Positions 44,159 to 56,705 of a stretch of 64,000 bases of DNA are shown piece after piece. The notes beneath the pieces are model-generated. The model was not told the origin of the DNA. It searched no databases and saw nothing but the letters and a program-made list of their open reading frames with translations. The translations under genes and the position numbers were made by a program. Each line of letters opens with the position of its first letter. The first letter of the stretch is position 1. This DNA comes from Saprolegnia diclina VS20 (Eukaryota), in the NCBI RefSeq assembly GCF_000281045.1, contig NW_008246100.1, positions 244,408-308,407 on the forward strand. Direction: 5' to 3'.

Positions 44159-44481
44159 CCCGATTTGTTGCTTTTGATGACTAAACCCACGTCACCTAAG
44201 CGACCCCACTCCAAGACTACATCGAACTCCACTGCTGCCACTCATAATAGTGCATCACACGAGAGCAGACAACATGTCTTTAGCTGGCATCGCATGGCCG
44301 CCGGTGTTGCGAGGTGCATGGACGACGCGCCGAAGACGGCGATCGCTAAGAGTTCATTGGCCAAAAACCGTCGCGGTAGAGTGTCCAATGGCATCGCGGC
44401 ATGGATTTGAATTGAGCCAATGGCATCGCGAGAACGATTGGCTGGGACTAGGTAGAAAAAGCCAAAACACGAATTGCGAAG

Positions 44482-45905
44482 ATGAAGCTCGATGTGACGG
44501 GGATGCGGTACCTGACGAAGGACCACTTCAAGGTGCTCACGGCGGTCGAGCTCGGCATGAAGAACCACGAGATCGTGCCTGTCGAGCTCATCTCGTCGAT
44601 CGCCAAGCTGCGCCACGGCGGCGTCAGCAAAATCCTCTCGCACCTGCTCCGTAACAAGCTCATTGCGCACGACGGTACGACGTACGACGGCTTCAAGCTC
44701 ACGTACATGGGCTACGACTTCCTCGCGCTCCGCGTCTTTATGAAGCATGGCCACATCTCGGGCCTCGGCCGCCAGATCGGCGTCGGCAAGGAGTCGGACA
44801 TCTACATGGCCGTGCAGCCCGACGGCACCGAGGTCGCGATCAAGTTTCACCGTCTCGGCCGCACGTCGTTCCGCGCTGTCAAGAACGTACGCGCCTCGTC
44901 TCTCTTCCTTCGCACTCACGAAATGCCGGGTATTAGAAACGTGACTACCTCAAGACAAAGAAGCAAGTCAACTGGTTCTACCTCTCCAAGCTCTCGGCCA
45001 TGAAGGAGAACGCGTTCCTGCGCGCGTTGTACGAACGCGGGTTCCCGACGCCGACGCCGATCGACGCCAACCGCCACGCGATCGTCATGAGCCTCGTCGA
45101 CGGCTTCCCGCTCAACCAGGTGCGCCGCATGGCCGACTCGAAGGAGGCGTACGACAACTGCATGGACATTGTCGTGCGCCTCGCCGAGTGCGGCCTCGTG
45201 CACTGCGACTTCAACGAGTTCAACATTATGATGAACGACACGGGCAAGATCACGATGATCGATTTTCCCCAAATGATCTCGACGTCCCACTACAACGCCG
45301 AAGAGTACGTTCTTAGTCGCTGCTGCCACGAGGCTTATTGGCGGCGTAGGCTCTTCAACCGCGATGTCCAAGGCCTCGTCAAGTTCTTCTCGCGCCTCCA
45401 GCACGGCTCGTATGTGCCCGACGAAGTGCCCCAGCTCCAGGATATCGTCCGCGACGCGGAGATGAACCTCGATATCGAGATGGAGGCGAGTGGCTTCACC
45501 AAGCAGATGGCCAAGGACATGGAGACGATCCATGAGCTCACGGTCTCGAAAGACACGATCCATGAGGATGGCCGGGAAGATGAGGACGAGGACGACGAAG
45601 CAGCGGACGAGGAAGACGATGAGCTCGACGAAGCCCTCGCGCGCGAACTGGAAGCTAAGATTCAGGCGCTCAAGGGCGACGCGGCGCGGGACAGCGGTGC
45701 GGACGCTGCGTCGGACGAAGAGAACGACGACGAGTCGGAGGACGAAGAGGACAACGGCAAGTGGGCAACGCCGGTCGTCAGCGAAGACGTGCGCCTCAAG
45801 GTCAAGAAGGCAATCGCCAAGCAGGCGTCCAAGGGCGGGAAGCGGACGCGCAACTCGTCCAAACTCAGCATCAAGGGCAAGCTCGTGCACAAGGAAATGT
45901 TTTAA
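44482..45905 (+). CDS. RIOK2: RIO2 kinase (40S ribosome maturation), two introns
   Basis: MRYLTKDHFKVLTAVELGMKNHE, IGVGKESDIY, KFHRLGRTSFR, HCDFNEFNI, IDFPQMIS. Confidence 0.96.
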
Positions 45906-45976
45906 TCGCTAGTAGAAAATTTAAGGTTTCTTTAATAAGTACAACAGAGTAGTAGTCAATCTTGCGCCCTGTCGCT

Positions 45977-46549
45977 TCACTGGATTGCACACGACGAGCT
46001 CTGCGCCGCCGGGTCGCCGAGCTCCTTCATGGCTTTGCATACCGCGCTGTGCTTGCCGGCCATTGCGAGATCGAACGCCATCTTGCCGTCCTTGTCCTTG
46101 AGCGCCGAGTCGGCCTTCTTCTCCATGAGCAGCCGAACCACCTCGACTTTGCCGGCCTCGGCCGCGCCCATGAGCGACGTCGTCCCGCTTGTCGTCACCG
46201 CATTGATGTCGGCGCCGCGCTCCAGTAGCACCACCGCCGCCTCCTTGTGCCCGCTAATGCACGCCCAGTGCAATGGCGTGCGCCCGCTCTTGTCCGGCTA
46301 GGCACACACAACTATGAGATCACATGTGCCATGTTGCCGTCCATGCACGCGTACGATATTTACAAGCGCGCCGCGGTCCATGAGCAAGGTGCAGAGCTCG
46401 GCGTGGTTGCCACCGGCGGCGCGGTGCAGCGCGCGCCGGTCCGCCGCCCCGGGCACGTTGACGTCCATGTCCGGGTCCTCGAGGATCTGCAGCACGGCGC
46501 CCTTGTCGCCGTTGTGCGCGGCCTTGTGCAGCGGCGTGTCCGATGGCAT
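45977..46549 (-). CDS. Small ankyrin-repeat protein ending in CaaX (CAIQ); intron 46298-46354
   Basis: TPLHKAAHNG, RALHRAAGGN, TPLHWACISGH, TSLMGAAEAG; C-terminus SSSCAIQ. Confidence 0.88.
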
Positions 46550-46926
46550 CGTAGCTCTCCAACGGCTCCTCTCGTTTTGCCAGCGACGCTTTGACCGAGT
46601 TATTTTCAGCGCCGGATAGAACTTCGTATCCGGATGTAACTGGCGACGCTAGTTGCACGCAACTTGGCGCCGCCGCTGACAGCCAAAAAGGCAAAACCAA
46701 GGTCCAGAACGAGGCTCACAAGGGATTCTGTCGACGCTTCCGACGGCTTTTACGTGCTCTGTCGTCCACGATAAGGCTCGCTGTGTCGGGCGACCGCAGC
46801 ATGTGACTCGACGACAAAGTCCGAACAAACTCGATTTAGATTAGTCGACACTTCAACGTGCTCAGTCTAACTTTAGTTTGCGCTGATGACGATGTATTCC
46901 ACTCGACGTCTCGCGTGCCGAGCGCA

Positions 46927-47538
46927 ATGGACCTCGAAGCGCGCTACCGTGCGGCAACGCTCGAGCAAATTGAGATTGAGCGACGCATCGAAGCCATTCA
47001 CAACGCGCCGGCAGCCTTCTATGTGCCACTGGGTACGGCGCTCGACTACGAGCAGAGGGTTTTATAACAAGGCTTTAGACTATGTCTTCGTGTGCGCAGT
47101 CGTTGCGTGCATCTTGCCTCTGCTGGACGTGTGGTGGCAGACGCGGTCGCGCCAAAGACTCTCCTTGTTGCCTCGGCGGTCGCTGGCCAAGGCGATCGCT
47201 CCGTTGCCGCCAACCGCAGCGGCAAGCGACTTGAATTTGTGCGTCTCTTATGATCTTACGATGCATTCAACTTGCAGTGGTATAGTGAGGCTCGACTGTT
47301 GCAGCGCTGCTTGGCCGCGGACCCGGCGCTGACCCATTTCATGCAGCACGCGCTTCGTCAAGTGATGCACGACCCCAACCAGGTATTGCATTCTGATACG
47401 ACTGAGGGTGATGAGAGCCCGATGATGCAGATTCGCACTGTACTTGGTGAGCCAGCGCTACAAAGTCTCGGTCGCGAGGAGTGGAAGCGCGTTCTCGACG
47501 CCAACTACTTTACGGTCGGTGGGATTTTCACACAATGA
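46927..47538 (+). CDS. Hypothetical small protein with one hydrophobic segment, multi-exon
   Basis: Short exons MDLEARY.. / ALDYVFVCAVVACILPLL.. / WYSEARLL.. / IRTVLGEP..GIFTQ* separated by GT-AG introns. Confidence 0.5.
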
Positions 47539-48673
47539 GGACGATGGATGGCTATAGATCCTAGAGTCAGTCGTGACGTCCACGTCAGCTTTTGGCGGCT
47601 CTTGTCCGCTACGCACGCGCAAGTGGCTTGCGCGGGGCCTCTCGGTGTTTGCAATGGACCTTCGGATTCTCTTTGAGGTGCGTTTTCACCTCCCGAACGG
47701 CAACGCATGGCTACGATAGGGCCAGCTACCACTTTTGCAATTCTACCGGTGGCGCAGCACCCGCGCGACGAAGTGCCGGGGAAGTCTTCCGTTCGTGGCA
47801 CTCCTCGCGCTGCAGCATTTTGAGTCGAGTACGGTGAACCAGCACACGTTCACCAATCTCATGCACGCGGTACATAGGCGAAGCTAGTGTCGAGCGCCGG
47901 GTCCAGCTGCACACCTGTATCAAGTGCTTCATGGAAGGCTTGGTCAGCAACAGCTTCCTTGAGACAGCGTGCCAACCACGGAGGCTTGCGTAGATACCGT
48001 ATGACCTCGAGCCTCGCGTGCTGCATAGTCACCTCCTCCGTCTCGTTGTCCCAACCGCTACAGACAAGACGTCCTTGCTGACTCTACGGCTTGGCGCTTT
48101 GCTCCGCACCAACTGCTCGGAGGTACTACACTACTATAGTATGCGCTGGCATCTCCCCACAAATTCACGCTGCGCGTAGGTGGAGACGGCGTTAGCGAGT
48201 TGGTCGCACGAGGACCGCGCCTACTTGGAACGCGAGTGGCGCACCTGCCACGACCACCCCATTTTGTTTCAAGGCACACGCACGGTACGACGTCATCCTC
48301 TCAAACAACAGCCAATATATCGCCGGCAGATACTGCAGACCGGCGGCCTCCCGACGGTGCTGCGTTGCTTGATCAACGCTGTTCGAGTTGCCCGGTCGAT
48401 GCCGCAGCCGGAACGACGCCATCAGCGGCTTATTATTCGCTTCCATTTGCTGGCACCCGAGACTTCTTTTGCAGTCTCTCGGGTGTTTCACTTCCGCGCC
48501 ACTTCGCATTTGGATCTCATCTTTAACGCCCAGGACAACGCGATCATGACGCCACGTCATGTCGGTAACAAGAACTAGCCTAGAGTAATATCGGCTATAT
48601 ATACCGGTTGCGGGGTCGCGTAGAAAAACACGAATTGTGTATCTTGAACAGTCGTCCTGGAGAGGTGTTGCCG

Positions 48674-50131
48674 ATGCGCCTGGAAAAAATATGCGTGCGC
48701 CACTACCCGCCGGGCCTGCGCCTTTGCTACAAGACGTCGATGGGCGAGCAGAAGCAGTCGACGCTCGACCTCTTGAGCTTGGGCCCCGAGACGAACGTGC
48801 GCCTGCTCGTGAACCAGCTCATCGAGAAGGAGCCGCTCTTGACGGCGCGCCATGCGACGCTGCTGCAGACGATCCTACACGCGCTCATAGATAAGCAGTG
48901 TCCACTGGACGACGACGGCGAATTTCGCCTGAGCAAGACACTGCGCCCCCACGCCCAGCCCATGACCAACTTTGTCGCGTCCAAGAATGCGTCGCTGCTT
49001 GTGACATCGAGCTACGACAAGACGGCGCGCCTCCTCCGCCGCAGCGACAAGACGCAAGCGGAGCAAAAGTTGGTGCTCTCCGGCCACGACGGCGTAGTGT
49101 ACTGCGTCGCGCTCAACCAACCGTACTCGAGCCTCGCTCTCACGGGCTCGTTTGACAAGACGTGTCGCTTGTGGCACACGTCGACGGGAAAAGTCGCGCG
49201 GACCTTTGCTGGCCACGAAGGCGAAGTCGTTCATGTAGCGTTCAACGCCAAGGGAACGCACTTTGGCAGCTGCTCCATGGACTGCACGGCGACACTATGG
49301 GACGTGGAGGCCGGGTCGTCGGTGTTTGATCTCGTGGGGCACACAGCCGAGGTGTCCACCTTTGCGTTCGACTCGTCGTCAAGCCTCATGGCGACCGGTA
49401 CCTCGGCCTTGGAAGCCATTTTTTCAGTTGTAGAGTAGGCGCTTGCGACGCGAGCGTGCGTCTCTGGGACTCACGCTACGGCGCATGCTTTCGGTCGTTC
49501 GACGCGCACGCAGCAGACATTGCGACCGTGAGCTTCAACCACCAGTCCAACTTGCTCCTGAGCGCGTCTGCGGACGGTACCGCGCGCGTACGCTGCGCCT
49601 TATCTCGCGGTGTCCTGGACGCATGGCGTGTGTAGGTGTGGGATGTCCACCACGGCAAACTGCTCTTTGCCTTCGAGGACCACCAAGGCGAAGTCACGGA
49701 CGCCTGCTTCAACGCGACGGGCTCGCTCCTCGCCACGAGCGGCGTCGACGGCTCCATTTACGTCTACGACACGCTGCACGGGCACAAGCGCTGCATCTGC
49801 CGCGGCCACAAGGGCGAGGTAGGTAGACGCCGGCGCAGCGCGGTGCTCAATGACCGTGACAGGTGACCAAAATCATGTTTACGCGGCAAGGCGCGCGCCT
49901 CGTGAGCGCGAGCGCAGACAAGACGGCGCGTCTCTGGGATACACAGAGCGGCAACTGCGTCCAAGTGCTCAGTGGTCACGAAGACAGCGTGTTTGGGTGC
50001 TACGTGAGCTACGACGGCCGGTCGATCGTAACGGGTAGCCACGACAACACTGTACGGTACGGCGACCGTGTCAATGGGCGGGAATGACGTGGCATCCTCG
50101 TAGCATCTGGGGCTCGGACGACGACAAGTAA
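48674..50131 (+). CDS. DAW1: WD40 protein, DAW1/ODA16/WDR69-like, multi-exon
   Basis: N-terminus VRHYPPGLRLCY...LDLLSLGPETNV...EKEPLLT followed by repeated GH...SGS.D.T.RLWD units. Confidence 0.8.
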
Positions 50132-50270
50132 GACGTGCGATAAAGAGACGAGCGTGGAAGATCCATCATCATCATCATCATTCACGGGTATCGATGGAAG
50201 ATCGTGTACTACGGGCAGTATCGATGGCAGAAGGTCGTCGAGGGGTGTTCGAGCTAATAGATAAAGGTAT

Positions 50271-50989
50271 TTAACAACATCCTTTGGCGTTGCCTTTGGC
50301 GGCCGCAGTCTTGGCGCCGCCGAGGTTGACAATCTCCTTCTTGTGGGGCCCGCCCTCTTCCATCAAGCGCGTTTTGACTTCGTTCGCGATCTCGATGAAG
50401 CCGCTCTCGACGTTGATGTTGTTCTTGGCGCTCGTCTCGAAAAACTTGACGCCATATTCGTCCGCGAGCGCTTGGCCTTCCTCGGTGCTCACGACCTTGT
50501 CGTCGAGCATATCGCACTTGTTGCCGACGAGAATCTTGTTGACGTGCACGTCCGCATGCTGCTGGATCTGGCCGACCCAGTTGCGGATGCTGTTGAACGA
50601 TGCTCGGTCCGTGACATCGTACACGAGCAGGATACCCTGCGCGCCCCGAAAGTACGAGGTCGTGATCGTCCGGAACCGCTCTTGCCCTGCCGTGTCCCAA
50701 ATCTACCAGCTAGCATGAGCTCCTGCCCGTCGCCGGCATGATGGGTGTACCTGCAACTTGATCTTCTTCCCGTCGAGCTCAATGTTCTTGACCTTGAAGT
50801 CGATGCCAATCGTCGTGATGAAGGTCGGCGAGAACGAGTCGTTGGCGTAGCGCAGGAGCAAGCACGTCTTGCCGACGCCTATACATACGCCATGTGATCT
50901 TCGCGCAGGATCGCCATGCTGCTCGTACCGCTGTCGCCGATCATGAGGAGCTTGATCTGCATGTCGAAGGGATTCTCATTGCGAGCCAT
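50271..50989 (-). CDS. RAB8: Rab8/Sec4-family small GTPase, two introns
   Basis: [53 protein letters not shown], terminal CC. Confidence 0.93.
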
Positions 50990-51299
50990 CTTCCGCGCTT
51001 CCTGCAGCGCATGAGCTCCCGATCGATACGATGGGCGATGTCTACCTCCGCGACGTCAAAATGGAAAATGCCGATCCTTCACTATACAAACTCCAAGTCT
51101 AAAAGTTGAAACGGAAAGCCCCATATAATTAGCCACGGGGGGAGAACTCACTTGGAATTTGTATTCTCGAAATAGCCGTGCGTTCGCGCGATTGGCCCAA
51201 TCTTTCGAGGCAGCGCACTGATTGGCCAAAATGCGCGCCGGCCGAAGAAGCGACCGGATACAAATCCGGACGAAGATCACCACACACGTGGCCAGCGAC

Positions 51300-52098
51300 C
51301 CGCGTCAAGACACGCCCATGGCATGCGATGGCCTCGACGACGCCCAGGAAGGTATGGGTGAGGCGAATGTCCTCGACGCGGGGCGTCGAACGAGCTCCAG
51401 CATGCCAAAGGCCATGCATTTGATCTCGCGCTACGGAGGGTTGGAGGATGACCGAGTACCTTGTTGAACCCAATGCAGCGGAGCAAGCATAGACGCCACG
51501 GCTGGGTGAGCAGAAGTAGTCGCAGCTTGTTGGTCGCTCTGTAGCGTGCGTAGTGCTAGTACGACGCGCATTGTAGGGCCCCAGATACGCCGCGTAGCAT
51601 GCCACCGCCGAGGAGGACCGTAGGAAGCGCAGAGGTGCCCAATGATTTCGACCAACGAGGAGCCACGTGCGGGATGCATATGCGTGGTGCCCATGCAGCG
51701 CTTTGATCATACTACTAGCTCGTTAATTGTGTGTTGTACGATTGCCATCGTTGGTGGCATATGCAAAGATGGGAGCGGTGGTCATTGGCGTCCACGGGTC
51801 TTGATCCTACAGCTTGGATGGGCACACAAACAAGAGAAGAAGGACGTACAGCAAAGCCCGCGCCGACACCAGCATCCTTCCCGCCACTCGATGCAAAAGC
51901 CGCAATCGTTACGCCAGCGACGAGTCCCACAACGCACGTTGCCACGATGATCGTCGCCTTCTTGTACCGATAGGCTGTCGTGACTAGCGCCGTGTCGGCC
52001 GCTTTCTCGTCTTCGTCCGAGAGCTCAGGCACGGGTGAGATGACAATGTCCGAGCCGAGCGAATCCGCGCGCTCGTAGCGGGCGAGGGACGTCGACAT
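51300..52098 (-). CDS. Hypothetical single-pass membrane protein; 3' exons uncertain
   Basis: MSTSLARYERADS..., basic RYKK, then TM segment ATIIVATCVVGLVAGVTIAAFA. Confidence 0.4.
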
Positions 52099-52528
52099 CG
52101 AGTCGATCGTAGAGTAGGGAGGTGCAAGCGATACACACTGAGCGGTGTCGTGCCTCTACGCTAATGGCTCTGCGTGTAATTGCATTACGCGACGAGTGCC
52201 ATGCCATGCCATGCTTGCGCCGACTCCACCCACGGACGCTTTTGTCGCCATTCCCCAACGTCTTGCACTTGAGCCTGATATCTTAAGTGTCTACAGCGGA
52301 CACGACAGGGTCTAGTCATTGGATACTCCTGTTGAAGTAGACCAGGAGACATAGCATGGCATCCTCTCTGTTCACTCGTCGCGTAGGCTCTCCGCAGCGC
52401 ACAGACGATGTCGTACCGGTACGTGAAAGCAAGGAGAGCTGGGAGCGTGCATTTTTGTGGCCCTTGGTGACAGGGATCTCATCCAGACAGTACTACATTG
52501 TCGTAGAAAATTAAATTAGATTGTTGTC

Positions 52529-55408
52529 CTACTGCGGAGGCAAAGGGTGATACGAGCGACTCCGCCTGCGCGTCGACCCGACAACGTACAAGGTCCCTGC
52601 AGCAAGCACGCCGACAAATGCGAGTTCGTATGGCCAGACAAAGCCGCTGTACACCACGTCGTGGTGAAGCGTGGGTTTGAAGCGGCGTTTCTCCGAGACG
52701 AGCGACCCTTCGATGGTAAGCTCCACGGGCGACGGCGTGCTCCAGCGCACTTGAAAAAAGTCTCGAAGCATCGCGCAAAGCTACTCGTCGCATGAGAACA
52801 TACCGAGTGGCTCAAGGACGTACCACGGGCGACGGGCTACTTATGTCGTCGTTCACACACACAAACTTGGTCCGGCGCGACCGGGCACGATACAGCTGCA
52901 CGTAGTCGGTCATGGATCGACCCAGCATCAAGAACGTGACTTGCTCCTGCGACATGCGGCGGTGCGTCGGCGGTAGCATTCGCGCGTCGACTTGGCCCAA
53001 ACGCCGCTCAAGGCCGGGGCAGTGCGCCGCAATGAGCTGCAGCGGCAATGACGACGAGCTCTTGGTTGCGCGGTGGCAGTCATCGAGCAACGCGTATAGC
53101 ACCGCGTGCGAGGATTGAGGAAAGAGCCCGAGAAGGTTGCGCACCTCATATTGGTCCAGGAGACCGTTCTGGTTGATGTCGATGACGCTCGAGATGAGCT
53201 CGGTCGCCGACTGTGGCGGGTGCAAGAGCCGACGGTTCGCCACATAGTGCATATAGGCAAAGCTAAACTGCATGTCCCTCGGGTGCCGGAACCGGTGCGA
53301 CGACGTTGCATTGAACTGCGTCGGCCAGTGCGCCTTGAGCTCCGAGAGCACTCGCTTTTGAATAAAGTACGGCATGTGCGCTGGCACGCGGCGCGGCACT
53401 GGCGCCTTGCCAAACGCAGCATCAAAGAGCGTGTTGACGTGCTTGAGCGAGTCCCCAAACGGGTCGAGGAACGTGATCTCCTCGTCCGACGTCACGTCTC
53501 GTGGACGACACGGATCGAGCCAAAATGGCTGTTGGTCTTTCGTGCGCATGATGCGGCACATCTAGTCACCGGCAGGTCAGTGGAAATGATACGAGGAGAG
53601 ACGCATTCGGTATGATGTACCTTGTCATGAACCAACTGTGTTGCATTCCGCGACAGCGGACCGTGGGCGGCGCCAAAGCGTGTACAGAGCGTCATGGCCT
53701 TGGCCTTGGCGGCCGACGGGTCGTTGGCCATGCGCGCCTTGGTCGAGGCCGTCGTGCAGCTCTCTGCCAGAGTCGCATACGTTGCGTTGCACCACGCCCA
53801 CCAGTGGCACTCGTGCGTTGTCTTGGGCAGCGCGTAGTGCGCCAAGGTGCGCACGGTCGGCGCAAGCACAGTAGAAAGTGCGGTGAGCACGATGCAGCTG
53901 CGACGACCGCCGTTGAAGAGGCAGACGCTCGTACGCGTCGCATTGCCGGGACGCGCGTGCACGAGTACGCCCGAGGCGTTGAGCGTGCAATGGCTCTCGG
54001 CTAACGCCGTAGCAGACGACGCCGTGTCGATAGCCGGGCACGAAATGGCCGTGCCATCGTCGACTGCAAAGCGCGTGTCGCCGCTCCAGTCGGGCAAGGA
54101 AGCAAATGGCACATAGATGGTCGCATCCAAGTGCTGCGGTTGGAACGCCGGCGTGATGCTGATCGCTGCGAGATCGAGATCGAAGTGGGACAGCGAAGAT
54201 CGGCGCGCAACGGCGTAGCCTTGCGACGCTAGTGCAACGCCGCGTGGCACAACACGCAGTCGCATTTGTTTTGCGGAGGATCGCAATGTCAACGTGATCG
54301 TCTCGTCGACCGTGCGATTGAAAAAGAGAAAGAGCCGCGAGCGGAGGACGGCCGCGTGCTGGACGAGTGCACTAAATTCTGTCTCGACCGACCCTATGTC
54401 GTCAACGACAAGTACCGAGCGGTGAGCGCCCAAGAGCACGGCCGCGTCGTTGACCGAGGCATTCCACGTCACGCGCGGCAAGAGATCGAGTGCTGTGGGG
54501 TCGCAGTCGCCAGCGTCAAACGCGCACTCGGCCACATTGCAATGCACTTGGCAGTGGCCGTCACCGAGGTCTCTTCAGTCGCAGCCGGGTGCACACCCCG
54601 AGCGAAAAGGCGACTCGGGGGCCGAGCAAATCGGTGTCCAGTCGTCGCTTACCTACAGTTCGAGTTCATTACCATCCGCCTCGTGATAAGAGGCGCCATG
54701 TACCACGGGCGGTGACGCGCAGGTGCAGTCGCCGTGGTCAAACCCACAAGCTCGTGTGTTGCAAGCGCGGTGGCACACCCCATCGCCGAGCATCCAGTTG
54801 GCGCATTCGTCGCTGCACGCTGGCGCCTCCCACGCGAGGTACACGTTTTGCGTGCCGTTGCGACTCATGAAGTCTTGGGGCGAGACCGGGGCACCGAGGA
54901 GCATGTCGTCGTTCAGATACAAAAAATTGGCCGAGAGTTCCGGGATCCAATCGAGGTTGGCTTCGATCGACGGCGACGCGAACGTGGGCAGATGCGACGC
55001 ATTGCGAAAGAACGCCGCGTGCGGCACAATACTCACATGGGGATGCGACCGGTCGAGCCAAACCGGTGTTTGGCCGTCGGTGACGATGTAAATGTGCCGG
55101 ATCCACGGGGCGTACATGTACAGGGACCGGATCGAGTAGCGCAGCTCGTCGTTGTCGCGGAACCGGTTCTCGTCCGACGACGTCAATGTCGGATGCTCGT
55201 TGTGCTCCTTGCGCCACGTGGCGTGCCACTTTGCCTTTTCCTTTTGCCAGATCGGGTCCGAGCCGTTGACCCACGTGTACACCGCGTCGATGGGCCCGTA
55301 CGCGGCGTCGATCGGCACGTTGCCAATGGTGCCGTGGCTGCTGGGAGCTGCGACGGTCAGGAGGCAGACCCATGCGAGAAGCGTCGTCCACCACACCGGC
55401 GACATCAT
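52529..55408 (-). CDS. GNPTAB: Stealth-family GlcNAc-1-phosphotransferase alpha/beta-like protein, multi-exon
   Basis: CR1 PIDAVYTWVNGSD, CR2 RFRDNDELRYSIRSL...WIRHIYIVT, two LNR repeats (GDGVCHRACNTRACGFDHGDC), CR3 VPAHMP, EF-hand-like DINQNGLLD, CR4 KFVCVNDD, C-terminal TM. Confidence 0.88.
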
Positions 55409-56705
55409 CGAATCAGCTTGTGAAATGCTGCAGTGCTGCGAGACTCGAAGCGTCGATTTGCGTACGGGTGACGTCGCCAGAGGCTCGGAATTTATCTTTG
55501 TCGCGCTTTGTTCGCATTCAACGCTTTCGTCATCGTCGTGAAATGCTTCGTCGTGGAGCGTGATGGGTGCAGGGTGGCTCCGTTGCTACCGCCTCTGCTC
55601 GACAGCGCCCTTGATCGTCGCTGAAGTAATATATTTGTGGCCATGGAAGCCGCGAGGCTGTCGAGGAGATGACCGCCGTTGGTCGATGGCTGCCGGTCGA
55701 CGCTCGCCATTGCGGTTGTTCCCACTCAGTGTCCAGGATCGCCAAGAATACATCCAGTACCAAATGTTCATGACGGCAAAACATTAGGTAAGCGTCGAGT
55801 ACGACGCCGGTGAACCAAACTGTAAGAGCTTACGCCGGTCGGCCAAGTTGTAAGCTCCTGCTCGCGAACTACTACACGCACCCATCTCGAGCGCACAAAA
55901 CTTGATGAGGTATGCACTGTCCCAAGCAGACAAACCTCGTTGCGCCAAAGCGACGGCTCGGGTGTTAGTGCCCATAGACTCGACTAAGACCTCAATGCCG
56001 TGTGTGATAAACGATCGCTCCACCAACTCCGGCACCGAGAAGTCGTCTTTCGCGACTGCGACGACCCGTCAAAGAGTCATATCGCCTCACTTTCTGCCGG
56101 ACGAGTACCATTTCCGAGGATGACATTTCGCATGTCCGCTTGTCCATGCTTCAGAAACCTCACATAAACTGCATCGACTCGTCCTCTTCATGTGTTGTCT
56201 CTGGAATTCGTAAACCCTAATTCGTAATCCCTTCTCGTTAAAACGCGGCTTACTCTTTCGCTGCTTTTTCAACAACATTGGCGCCTTGTCGAAGGTAGTC
56301 GACTACGACCTCACGTAGCACAGTACGATCCCAAATAATCATGATGGACACGAGGGAATGAGCCTACAATGGATGATCGAGCCGAGACGTATATATTGAC
56401 GACGGAAGCACAAGAGGCACGAAGATGACGAGGAGCAATGGATATGGGTCTCTGGGAACGAGAGCCAGGAAATGAATATGGCCTCCAGCCTTCCGCTATA
56501 GTACGATCTCCATTCTGCAAGTAGCTCTCAAGCTCTCTAGGGTTCAAAGGGTTCAAACGCTCATGGACCCGCGATCCTATCGTGTTTGGATCGGAAACAG
56601 CGTTTTCATCTGAAACAGTGTTTTGCTTGCTTCGAATTTCGGTTAACGTAGTACGAAGTTATTGGCCCCAACGAGACCGACGGCAAGATGGGACGCTACG
56701 ATGGC

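Noticed and set aside
47550..48570. Possible minus-strand multi-exon gene
   Set aside because: Some exon-like stretches, but I could not build a consistent spliced model or recognise a product.
55784..56278. Minus-strand frame interrupted by two TGA codons (second selenoprotein?)
   Set aside because: No Cys/Sec redox context, atypical codon usage and no SECIS-like hairpin found downstream; more likely decayed or non-coding.
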